Origin: Mytilus californianus
Taxonomy: Eukaryota
NCBI RefSeq assembly: GCF_021869535.1
Contig: NW_026262712.1
Location: 62,744,001-62,808,000 of the forward strand
Direction: 5' to 3'
DNA length: 64,000 nt
Positions 38,371 through 50,100 of the stretch are shown here, piece after piece. Position numbers and translations under genes: made by a program. The number at the start of each line of letters is the position of its first letter. Position 1 is the first letter of the stretch. Below the pieces are notes generated by a model, which was given only the letters and a program-made list of their open reading frames with translations, did not search any database and had not been told where the DNA came from.

Positions 38371-39070
38371 AGTGGCACTAGCTACGAGATATATAAAAAA
38401 TCTAATATATATGATTTTTTTTGTTCAATCATTAATGAAAGTGAAATAGTGAAATAATTATTCGCTTTTAGCCGCCAGTATGGTTCAATTTTGTTAAAAT
38501 AAGCTAAGAAACATTAATGATGAATTATTCACTTGCAAGTGAATAATTCGACCTCATTGAATCCGTATTCATGTGAACTTCAATTTAACCCCTTAGCTAA
38601 AGATGGATAACACGTGAATTGTATGTGTAAAGTTATTTAAAGGAAAAGAATGTCAACATTGAAAGTTAAACAAAGGTAAATCATTTGATTGACTGGTCCG
38701 ATCCACAAAAAATCATTCTTATACAGGTAAAAACGACGATAAACATATATTTTTAATCTATAATATGAAATTAAATAGACCTAGAAAAATCCAATAGCAC
38801 GAGTTCGCTTAATCTATTTATATATTTATTCATGTTTACATCGCTTATATGGTCATCGGATGACTTTGGAGGTCAACTCGATAGTTAATTAGATGCATGG
38901 CGTCTAGACTAAAATACACACGAAACGAAGCTACGTGTTATCATGCCCATGTCCTGTTAACTGTTTATTTTAGACTTTTAATAGTTTGAATAATTGTTTT
39001 ACATTGTTATAAATTAAATATGAGAATTTTAGTCAAATCGGTGAACATGAATTTGACAGCTAGTGCCCCT
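38371..39070 (+). mobile_element. TTAA-flanked MITE (Kolobok-like termini)
   Basis: TTAA at 38367-38370 and 39071-39074; TIR AGTGGCACTAGCT vs AGGGGCACTAGCT (12/13); same family as 16589-17278. Confidence 0.8.
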
Positions 39071-39949
39071 TTAATTGGTTGGTTGATTTTTGCATAACAT
39101 CAAGTGACAAGTTCTCACAGAGATTAGTTGGCTTGTATGGTTGGAAGATAGGTTAATAGATTGTCCGAAATCTTTAATGTCATATTTGATCGGAAATTCA
39201 CATTTCTATATTCATTGGCTTGGTTCATTTGCTTGATTGAATGATTTATTGGTTGATTGATCGACAGTTTCATAACGTGAAGAGACGAATATTTCATATT
39301 GATTGATTTATTATTACTGTGAAATCCAGTAGCAAATATTTAACGCACATATCTAAGAAAAAATACGCGGGGTTTGAATTGGTTTCAAGGAACACGCTGG
39401 AAAAATAAAATGTAGAGCATGGATCCGTTAAATTACAGGTTTTCGGGTCAATGCAAATGTTTATTTGTATCTGAATTATGGTATTTTAGAGAACATGCAA
39501 GGATTTAACACCCTATTCCAAAAATATCCTTGCATTTTCTTTTATAAATTTCAATGGGAACATGCAAATGTTTACACCCTCCTAAAATATCATTGAATAT
39601 TCATCTATAAATTTCACTTTTCTAGGGATCCTAAGAACTTATGTTTTACTCATTTGCTGTGTTTGTAATCTTTTTTCATTGTAATCAAAATCGAAATTGG
39701 ACTTTGTTTTTGACGATTCCCTCGCGTTTTCTTTTTCGCTTGTTCCATTAGAATCACCATCTTATAGCCGACTATACGGTATGGGTTGTTCTCGTTGTTG
39801 AAGACCGTATGGTTTCCTATAATTGCTTACATCCACTTCATTTTAACTTTGGTGGATAGTTGTCTAATTGGCAATCATACTACATCTCCTTATTTTTTTA
39901 CGGATCCTTGAATGACCATATTGAAAATTTATTTTCTGATTTCTTTGCC

Positions 39950-40450
39950 CAGTTCTCGAATATGCAAACGTCATTTGGGACTCAAAATCGTAATTTGATT
40001 ACTAAACTTGAAAATATCCATCTTGATGCTGCGCGTGTCGTCACGAGGGATATTAAACTTACCAAGCATATTAATAAATTACAATGTATATGCTGAAACT
40101 CGATGGGAAAAATTATCTGATAGACAATGCAACCAAAGATTAGTTCTTTTTCATGAAATTTTGAATAATAAAACTCCAGAGTATTTAAGAGAATTGATGC
40201 CTGATTCCATGGGAACAAAACATGACCATTATACAAGACAAAGAAATAATATTACACAACACAACACATGGACTCATTTTATATTCTGAATATTTTATCC
40301 CAGCTTCAACAAGAATATGGAACACACTTAATTTAAACATCAGAAAATGTGAATCTCTACCATTATTCAAAAAACAAATTCGCACCCAAAATAGTAAGGT
40401 CCCAATGTATTGCTATGTAGGTTATCGTTTTGTACAATTTTTTCATGCCT
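39950..40450 (+). mobile_element. 3' fragment of a CR1/L2-type LINE ORF2
   Basis: EYANVIWD...ITKLENIHLDAARVVT...YAETRWEKLSDR...RLVLFHEILNNKTPEYL...YFIPASTRIWNTL, across frameshifts. Confidence 0.75.
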
Positions 40451-40969
40451 GCTTAATAGAAATCCATGACACAAAATCAGTTCATGCACACCAAAAAAAA
40501 CAAACAAATCAAAGCACTGTAACCGCTGTAGGCAGTTAACCAAAAACCAAGGCAAACATAATTATGAAAACTGTGGCAGTGTTGCTTCAATTTTTTGATT
40601 TGAAAGAACAAACATTAAGCATTCGTACATTGTACATTTATGTTCATTAAATGAATTGATTATTAAGGCAAATTAATTAATATTTCATCAAGGTTTTCAA
40701 AAGCAACTCATATATCAATGTAAATGACCCCCATCTTCACCCCCATATGCATGATGTTACTCCATACCAAGTTTGGAATAAAATGACAGGTGATTATAAT
40801 ACAGTTGGTCAAACATTCTCGGGCTTTACACTGCTTGAAAGATTTATATGTTTTCTTTAAAATGATCAATAATTGAAAATTATTATAGGCCAAGAAATAA
40901 GTTAATAAATAATTAAAGTAAATTCAATTAACCTAGACTAATTTTTTGCATCAATAACATTTTATAATA

Positions 40970-43900
40970 AACAAGAAATAATTGTAACAGGATGCCGTTA
41001 CGAAGTCTCACAAACAAAGCCCCCATAATTCGTCATTCCCATGGTCTCCTGACATTGGGCAAAGTCCAGTGGATATTGGTTTGGTCTAGTAAAGTGATAT
41101 GCATATGTGACACCTAGGAGATTGACCCTGTATGTCATTCAAATGTTTTTGAAATGATGAACAGAAATAAATATGGTTTAGGTGTGGGTATCTCGATCGT
41201 TTACAAGTTCTCAAGCAGGAGGGGTGGGGTGATCCCAGGGACTCCCCCTATAATTCATTTGATTTGTTATATTGTCCCATACATGAAAACATATGGTTTA
41301 GGGGTGGGGATCTCGACCATTTCCAAGTTCTCAAACAGGAGGGGTGGGGTGACCCTAGGGACTCCCCAAATATTTCTTTTGATTTGTTATATTGTCCCAT
41401 ACATGAATATATATAGTTTAGGGGTGGGGAACTTGACTGTTTACAAGTTCTAAAACAAGAGGGGGTGGGGTGTCCCAATGGACTCCCCCTATATTTCATT
41501 TGATTTGTTTTATTGTCCAATACATAACAAGAAATAATTGTAACAGGATGCTGTTACGAAGTCTCCCAAAACAAAGCTCCAATAATTCATCATTCCCATG
41601 GTCGCCTGACATTGGGCAAAGTCCAGTACAAATTGGTTTGTGATATGCATAAGTGACGCCTATGGATTAACCCTGTATGTCATTCAAATCTTCTTGAAAT
41701 GACGAACAGGAATATATATTGTTTAGGGGTGGTGATCTCGACCGTTTACAAGATAAAAGCACATTCTCAAATTGAAGGGGGGTGGGCTGATCCCCAGGGA
41801 CTCGCTCTTTATTTCATATTATTTGTTTTTTGTCCCATACAAGAATTTATATGGTTTAGGGGTGGGGATCTCGACCGTTTTCAAGTTCTTAAACAGGAGG
41901 GGTTTGGGGGTGACCCCAGGGGACTCGCCTTTTATTTCATTTGATTTGTTTTATTGTCCCATACAAAAATATATTTGGTTTCGGGGTGGGGATCTTGACC
42001 GTTTACAAGTTCTCAAAAAGAAGGGGGGTTGGGGTGACCCCCCTGAACTTCCCCTATATTTCATTTGATTTGTTATATTGTCCCATACATGAATATTTAT
42101 GGTTTAGGGGTGGGGATCTTAACTGTTTACAAGTTCTCAAACAAGAGGGGGTTGGGTGTCCCCATGGACTCCCCCAATATTTCATTTGATTTGTTTTATT
42201 GTCCCATACATGACAAGAAATAATTGTAACAGGATGCTGTTACGAAGTCTCCTAAAACAAAGCTCCAATAATTCGTCATTCCCATGGTCGCCTGATATTG
42301 GGCAAAGTCCAGTACACATTGGTTTGTGATATGCATTAGTGACGCCTATGGATTAACCCTGTATGTCATTCAAATGTTCTTGAAATGACGAACAGGAATA
42401 TATATTGTTTAGGGGTAGTGATCTCGACCGTTTACAAGATAAAAGCACATTCTCAAATTGAAGGGGGTGGGCTGATCCCCAGGGACTCGCCCTTTATTTC
42501 ATATTATTTGTTTTTTTTGTCCCATACAAGAATATATATGGTTTAGGGGTGGGGATCGCGACCGTTTACAAGTTCTTAAACAGGAGAGGGTAGGGGTGAC
42601 CCCAGGGGATTCGCCTTTTATTTCATTTGATTTGTTTTATTGTCCCATACAAGAATATATATGGTTTAGGGGTGGGGATCTTGACCGTTTACAAGATTTC
42701 AAAAAGAAGGGGGGTTGGGTTACCCCCGTGGACTTCCCCTATATTTCATTTGATTTGTTTTATTGTCCCATACAAGAATATATATGGTTTAGGGGTGGGG
42801 ATCTCAACCGTTTACAAGTTCTCAAACAGGAGGGGGTAGGGGGTGACCCCAGGGGACTCGCCATTTATTTCATTTGATTTGTTTAATTGTCCCATACAAA
42901 AATATATTTGGTTTCGGGGTGGGGATCTTGACCGTTTACAAGTTCTCAAAAAGAAGGGGGGTGGGGGTGACTCCCCTGAACTTCCCCTATATTTCATTTG
43001 ATTTGTTTTATTGTCCCATACAAGAATATATATGGTTTAGGGGTAGGGATCTCGACCGTTTACAAGTTTTTAAAAAGAAGGGGGTAGGGTTACCCCCATG
43101 GACTTCCCCTATATTTCATTTGATTTGTTTTATTGTCCCATACAAGAATATATATGGTTTAGGGGTGGGGATCTCGACCTTTTACAAGATAATAGCACAT
43201 TCTCAAATTGAAGGGGTTGGGGTGACCCCAGGCACTCACCCTATATTTCATCTGATTTGTTTTATTGTTCTGTGATCATTTCTGAAGACTGCGTGTGTCT
43301 ATCACTTACAATTTTCAAGTTAAAGTCATTTGAAAATCTTGAAAAATTAAATCTCATAGGTTTCTATAGTAAAACCCTCCCTTCTTTATGCCCCTTAAAT
43401 TACCCCTTAATAGACCTCAATGCACAAACGATTAGTTGATGGCTCCCCTAGACATGTTAATCTAACATTTTATGATAAGTAACTCTGACAAGGGGTTTTG
43501 GAGAACCGCTGCGGACAAGTTCATCTTTAAAGTGGCGGAAGAAGAAAAAGAAAAAGAAAAAGAAAAAGAAGAAGAAGAATAATAAAAATAATAAGAACTG
43601 AGCAAAAACAATAAGTCTCCAAACTTTGTTTGGGATACTTAAATATATATGATTTAGGGGTGGGGATCTCGACCATTTCCAAGTTCTCGAACAGGAGGGG
43701 TGACCCGAGGAACTCCCCTTATATTTTATTTGATTTGTTATATTGTCCCATACATGAATATATATGGTTTAGGGGTGGGGATCTTGACTGTTTACAAGTT
43801 CTCAAACAGGAGGGGGTGGGTGTCCCCAGGGACTCCCCCTAAATTTCATTTGATTTGTTACATTGTCCCATACATGAATATATATGGTTTAGGGGTGGGG

Positions 43901-44470
43901 ATCTCGACCGTTTACAAGTTCTCAAACAGGAGGGGGTGAGGTGACCCTAGGGACTCCCCCTATATTTCATTTGATTTGTTTTATTGTCCCATACATGAAT
44001 ATATATGGTTTAGGGGTGGCGATCTCGATCATTTTCAAGTTCTCAAACAGGAGGCGGTGGGACGACACCGGGGACTCCCCAACATTATTTTCATTTGATT
44101 TCTTTTACTGTCCCATACAAGTATATATATTGTTTAGGGATGGGGATCGCGACGGTTTACAAAATAAAAGTACATTTTCAAATTGAATGGGGTAGGGACG
44201 ACCCCAGGGACTCACCCCATATTTTGGTTGATTATTTTTATAGCCCTGTTCAAATTACTGAAGACTGCATGTGTCTATCACTGTTTTCGAGAAATAGTCA
44301 TTTGAAAATTTAAAAAAATAAAATCCCATAGGGTTCTATAGTAAACCCCTTCCTTCTTCAGGCCCCTCCAAATACCCCTAAATAGACCCCAATGCACAAA
44401 CAAAAGATTAATGGCTCCGCAAGACATGTTAGTCTAATATTTTATGAAACCCTAAGTAAATCTGACAAAC
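40970..44470 (+). mobile_element. Concatemer of Helentron-associated non-autonomous (HINE-like) units carrying a ~122-bp satellite
   Basis: Three AACAAG heads (40970, 41526, ~42213) each followed by monomers spaced 122-124 bp. A 3' module at 43270-43643 has a GAA-type microsatellite and the hairpin aagtctccaaac-ttt-gtttgggatactt. More monomers and a truncated second 3' module follow. Confidence 0.75.
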
Positions 44471-45060
44471 GGTCAAAGTTGTCTTTTTAGACGGTTTGAG
44501 TGGATTCGGTCCGACTTGTCTCGGGGACTAATTGTCCACATTACTTAAAAGATCCCATCAACGTCGATTTCCGCATCTGTTTCATGACCTCGTTTCATTT
44601 AGAAAATAACAACAACCTTATTTGGCAAGATAAGTTAAAAATTACCGCCCACTTATAACACTTTATTTCCTCTATTATAGAGATTTTTTGTACATGAACA
44701 ATATTCCTGCGCATTTTGCCATTTGGGAAATATAAACGACTTGTAATTACCGATTTTCGGCGATGAAATATTTCATACAATTGTTCTTTGACATCGTAGT
44801 CAAAAGCACAGGGAATAATAAACTACGTACGGATTTCTATTGAGCACTACTTCCTATGTGCAACTTCAAAAGTTTTGGGTAGTTCGACGATCATTTAAGG
44901 TTTTTTCTGGTCATATTTTTGTATTCCAGAAATAAAAGTATTAAAAAAATGTTCAATTAGTTATAAATAACATAATAGACAGCTAGATAATAACAATGGC
45001 ACGTATTTCAGAATTTATTGGGTAGAACAAAAATCTAGGGTGCTCGCATAAGGCAGCTTA

Positions 45061-45250
45061 ACTGCATAAAAAACCACACAAAAACAAAGGAACAGCGCTT
45101 TTACTGTAGTTCTTCATCTCAAAGTCACAGTGTGGCCTTCAACATGGAGCTCACCTCACTGCAAGTTTAAGACGGCCCCCTAGCACCGGCTTGAGCGTAA
45201 TTCTTTGCAAAAACAATTTGGATAGACTTTGTAAGATGTAACACCACCAA
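45061..45250. repeat. Second copy of the dispersed repeat at 6868-7090
   Basis: Direct sequence similarity; it terminates the reading frame of the unidentified exon on the minus strand. Confidence 0.7.
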
Positions 45251-46378
45251 ATCGGGTGGAACCGAACTTGCTTTCACTGAATTCTCACCTATTCCTTCGT
45301 ACTTTAGTAGACTACCTAAACGGTCGTTGTGGTGATTCAAAAGCAAATTCTCACTTCCTTTTATCTTGTCAAATATAAACCGATTAAAGACATGAACTAT
45401 TAGCTTCCGTTTCAGTCCTTCCTGTCAAAGTTTACACCAATATGATACATTTTGGCTTAATGGTACTCTCAAAAGAGCAGAATAGTCATGTATTATACCC
45501 CCGCTTTGAAAAAGGGGGGTATACTGTTTTACCTCTGTCTGTCCTTCCGTCAGTCCTTCCGTCAGTCCATCCGTCAGTCCGTCCGTCCCATGAATATTTT
45601 CGTCGCATTTTTCTCAGGAACTACTTGACAAGGATTTCTGAAGTTTGGTTTCAGGGTTTATATGAGCAAGTTACACCGTGTGATGCGTTTTCAGATTCAT
45701 CACTCAACAACTTCCTGTTTACCGAACACTTGTATTATTTAACACATGATAGCCAAGTTGAAAATTTGCGTCACATTTTTCTCAGGAACTACTTGACAAG
45801 GATTTCTGAAATTTGGTTTCAGGGTTGATATAAGTACGTTACACCGTGTGATGCGTTTTCAGATTAATCACTCAACAACTTCTTGTTTACCGAACACTTG
45901 TATTATTTTACACATGATAGCCAAGTTGAAAATTTTCGTCACACATTTTTCTCAGGAACTACTTGACAAGGATTTCTGAAATTTGGTTTCAGGTTTTATA
46001 TAAGTAAGTTACACCATGTATTGTGTTTTCAGATTCATCACTCAACAACTTCCTATTTACCGAACACTTGTATTATTTTACACATGATAGCCAAGTTGAA
46101 AATTCTCGTCACATTTTTTCTCAGGAACTACTTGACAAGGATTTCTGAAATTTGGTTTCAGGGTTTATATAAGTACGTTACACCGTGTGATGCGTTTTCA
46201 GATTCATCACTCAACAACTTCTTGTTTACCGAAATATTTCGGCGGGGGTATTATCAGTGAGCAGTAGCTCACAGTTTTACTTGTTTAAATTGGTGCAGAA
46301 AAACATTATCGGAAGCAAACGTTTTAACCATTGATGTTACTGCTTCATCATCCAATAAGAACCCCAAGCATTTTCCCA
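45251..46378 (-). pseudogene. Exon of an unidentified gene, interrupted by a HINE insertion and carrying a premature stop
   Basis: tatacag acceptor at 46379. Removing 45493-46285 restores one frame: VGKCLGFLLDDEAVTSMVKTFASDNVFLHQF-I-HDYSALLRVPLSQNVSYWCKL*QEGLKRKLIVHVFNRFIFDKIKGSENLLLNHHNDRLG. TGA at 45425-45427. Confidence 0.6.
45493..46285 (-). mobile_element. Complete HINE/pearl-like element with about 3.7 tandem 168-170 bp core repeats
   Basis: Minus-strand AACAAG start; subterminal inverted repeat atacccccgc/gcgggggtat; terminal hairpin ataccccc...gggggtat; (CCGT/CAGT)n microsatellite; monomer marker ctcaggaact at 45613, 45781, 45951 and 46120. Confidence 0.85.
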
Positions 46379-47982
46379 CTGTATACATTACAAAATTTCA
46401 TGTTTATTCTCTTTTTTTCTAATGCATTTTTCACATTTTTCATATTCATATATTTATCACAGAGCATGCCAATATCTATATAGTATATTTATGTTTTGCT
46501 CAATAAGTGTCGTATTTGTGTACTAAGAGACAGATTTGTAAAAGCAATTTGCTTGTTTCTGAATCCTATATATTTATTATATGTATTATATTGTTATGTG
46601 ATGATTTATTTGAATAAATATTGTTGAAATTAAGACTATTTGTTCAATATTTGTCACATGACATCACACACACAATCCATCAATGAATTAGTCAATTTGA
46701 AATCTGAGTCTCTTGCATTATACAAATTGTAAATAAAGCAATCAATAACTCATTCGATCAATCAAACAACCACTCAACTAATATATCAATTTGAAGAACT
46801 TGTGACTTGATATTTTGCACACACTTTATAAACCAACCAACAAACTATGCAAACAACCAAAATTCATGTTTTAAATTGGCTTAGAAAATATGGAATGACT
46901 TTCATTAAGAAACAAATATTGTTTGCTAAACACGAATTTGCTTCATCAATTATTTTGATTTATTTTTATTGGTAGCCATGCTATAGAGGCTATTTCAAAA
47001 TGCACCATGTAAATCAATTATGAAATTCATACTTTTGCGATGACCGCCTATTTAAATGTCTCAACTCTAGACTCTCGACTGTCTAACATGTCTAATATAA
47101 TATCGACTTTGATCATAGTCAGTATGGGCGTAAGAGCAGGGGACGAGGGCAGTTGCCAACTACCCGACACTATATGTAACTAATCATTTACTAATGTACT
47201 GTGTATATATACATTCATCCTTATAATTAAAGATATAAACCTAGGAAGATGTTGACTCACATTTAATATGCTAAATAAAAAATATTGAAAATAATGAATG
47301 AATACGAGGGAGGACACTCACTAACTACTAGACTTTTATACTATTGTAGAAGGTTTTTTTCTATTTATTTGCTTGTCACTTTCAAAAGTACAACACCCCG
47401 CTCCCCCACCCCCACCCCCACAAACTTTTTAGTTTTTTCTTATGCCTCTGCAGTAATAAATAGAACTTTCAAAGTTTGTATCCAGAAAATATTATCAATT
47501 TCCTAATCGGTTTTTTTACTGGAGCAAAGTTTATTTTTTTGTTTTTGTTTAAGAACAAATCGAATGATGCTAGTAAGAAAGACTTTTTATTATCTATTAA
47601 TCATATTTTGCAAAAGGTTGAATTCCGATAATAAACTGACCAATACGTCTAGTAAGTCTGATATATACAGTTACTGTACTGTCGGGCTACACAGTTTATT
47701 TCCATAGATATCATAGATTATGACCCCTTACCTTATCTGATATGTAGAGTGTGTATCTCTGTTATACAAAGACTGCAACATTTTGTTTTTTTATTTAAAG
47801 AAATCAATTGATAGTAAAAAACATACTTACTGCAATATAGTTTTCAAAAATAGTTTGGTTAATACTGTGACAAATTTAAAATACTGACAAACAAAGAACA
47901 CCAATATGAAACAACAGTTAGTGTACCATGGGGCTACACTATTTTTTTCCATAGATTCGATTCATAGATTATGACCCCTTAC

Positions 47983-48076
47983 CTTGGCTTGAAAGGACTA
48001 CAGTTATGTCTAAACGTTTCGTCGTACATGAAGAACTGAAATGCCTTGATATTTTACGAATGGCATATCCAAACAT
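47983..48076 (-). pseudogene. Putative first coding exon of the unidentified gene
   Basis: MFGYAIRKISRHFSSSCTTKRLDITVVLSSQ-G with a GTAAGG donor; phase 1 matches the exon starting at 46378. Linkage is inferred. Confidence 0.4.
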
Positions 48077-48594
48077 CACATCAAGTGACTTCGTTCCTGT
48101 TTGCATGTCTGCTGACCTACGCTTCTTATTTTTGCTGTCGACATTCTTTGCGGATCGATACATTTAGTAAATATAATATCAATGTAATTGATAAGTTTAT
48201 ATTAATTGTATACACATATCTATTTGTCAATTAAACTTATCTTCTGGATATCTTATTTATTTCATCCGCTGACAATGTCTGTTTTTCGGCTTTGAAGTTG
48301 AAAATGTCTAGATCTCAGCATCACTGCTGACACTCGGGTTACACTCGTCAACGCGAAGAGTAAAGAAGCAATTAAATTTGCAAAAGTTATTTTATGCCTC
48401 TATTTTTTTACTTATTTTTGCAAATTTTATGGCGAAGAACGATGAATACTTGCCGACTTACTGAATGATACTTTTAACCAGTAGCTATTGCAATTCTTCA
48501 GAATCTGCTAAACAGCTGAATGAGAAAACTGACATTTTAAAAGAGAAGTTTGTGATCGTTATAAGATCAACATTGTGCGGTGTTTATAAAAATG

Positions 48595-48870
48595 AAGCCA
48601 CGTCCGGTCGAAATGGGGACGTTAAATCTGATGCGTCGTTAAGTAAAAGTGCCAAGCTCTTTGTATGTACAAGAAACTTTGCAACATAGCAACATATCTG
48701 TTAGTCTGTAGGTTCCCTGTAGGTTTGCAAGCAAACATTTCTGGTACTATCTAAAATTTCCTACTTTTTTGGTGACAGTATATTTCTTCATCCCGGTCGC
48801 AGAATCGACCAATGGGTTTATTGTTAATTTTTTTCGTCCGGAATGTGAATGAAATATTTGCCACTGTTTG
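48595..48870 (+). mobile_element. SINE, MetaSINE-like, degenerate
   Basis: gtccggtcgaaatggggacgttaaatctgatgc...gccaagctctttgtatgtacaagaaac, ending gaaatatttgccactg; related to 9385-9745. Confidence 0.55.
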
Positions 48871-48951
48871 ATTAACACACAATGAACCTATAGAATAGTA
48901 GGATTATCAATCACTATTATCAAATATTATTTATACGTTTGGACGTCGTTA

Positions 48952-50100
48952 ATTAAGTCTCCCAAACAAAGTTTGGAAGACTTATTGTTTTTGCTCAGTT
49001 ATTCTTCCTCTTCTTCCACCTCTTTTTCAAACTTCAACTTGTCCGCAAGCATTTCTCAAAAACTTCTAGTTAGATTATTTAATACGGGCTCCACCATATA
49101 TTAGACTAATATGTATTGTCGTGCAATCAGTGTTTTGTTTGTGCATTGCGGTCTATACAAATGGGTACTATGAGGAGCCAAAAGAAGAGAGGGTTTTACT
49201 ATAGAACCTTTTGGGATTATGACTTGAGAACAGTTCGAGATAGACACATGAGGTTTTCAGTAATTTTTATGGGACCATATGGCCTATACTTCAATGACAT
49301 TGACCTTCAACCTTGAACATCATTTTTCAATTTACACAAAATAAAAAATATTTGGAAAATCTAAAGAATTGAAAATATTTATATATAATAACACAAACCA
49401 AATGAGATATAGCGCGAGTCCCCAAGGGTAAAGCCTCTCCCTGCCATTTAACAATGTTCTAATATCTTGTAAATGGTCGAGATCCCTACCCCTAAACAAC
49501 ATATATAGTTCTTTTTTTCATGTCAAAATGACTTGAATGATATATAAGGGGAGTCCCTAGTGGTCATCCCCACCTTCTGTCTTTTGAGAATGTTCAAATA
49601 TATTGTAATGATTAAGATCCCTACCCTAAACCATACTATATACCAGTTTGTCATGCCAAAAATATTTAAATGATATACAGGTCTAGTCCCTAGGGGCATT
49701 TCCCAGGCCCCTGTCATTTGAGAATGTTCAAATATCTTTGTAAATTGTCAAGATTTTCATCCTAAACCATTTATATTCCTGTTTGGAAATACCATGAAGA
49801 TTTGAGAATGATACATAGAGTGAATCCCCAGGAGTCACCTAAACTCTGTCACTTAAGAATGTTCAAATATCTTGCAGATGGGTCAAGATTCCTACTACTA
49901 AACCATATGTATTCCAGTTTTTTTTATGATTTTTTTGAAATATAGGTTTAGTCCAAAGGGGTCATTCCTAGTCCCTGTCATTTGAGATTGTTAAAATATC
50001 TTTGTATGTTGTCAAATATCCAACCCTAAACATTCCTGTTTGTTATTTTAAGTTGATTTGAATGATATATAGAGGTAGTCCAATGGGGTCATCCCAAGCG
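48952..50100 (-). mobile_element. Minus-strand HINE of the same family as 40970-44470, with diverged satellite monomers
   Basis: attaagtctcccaaacaaagtttggaagacttattgtttttgctcag is the reverse complement of the 43600-43643 terminus; reverse-complement monomers follow (accctaaaccat, gagatccctacccctaaac). Confidence 0.75.

Noticed and set aside
41150-44250. Regularly spaced repeats that could be mistaken for a CRISPR array, and about 15 short ORFs in the track
   Set aside because: The whole 122-124 bp unit is repeated with no unique spacers, there are no cas genes and the context is eukaryotic. The ORFs are translations of the satellite.
48020-48066. ATG CCA TTC GTA (MPFV) as a second MIF-like start
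   Set aside because: The frame closes after 18 codons and lacks the TN motif.
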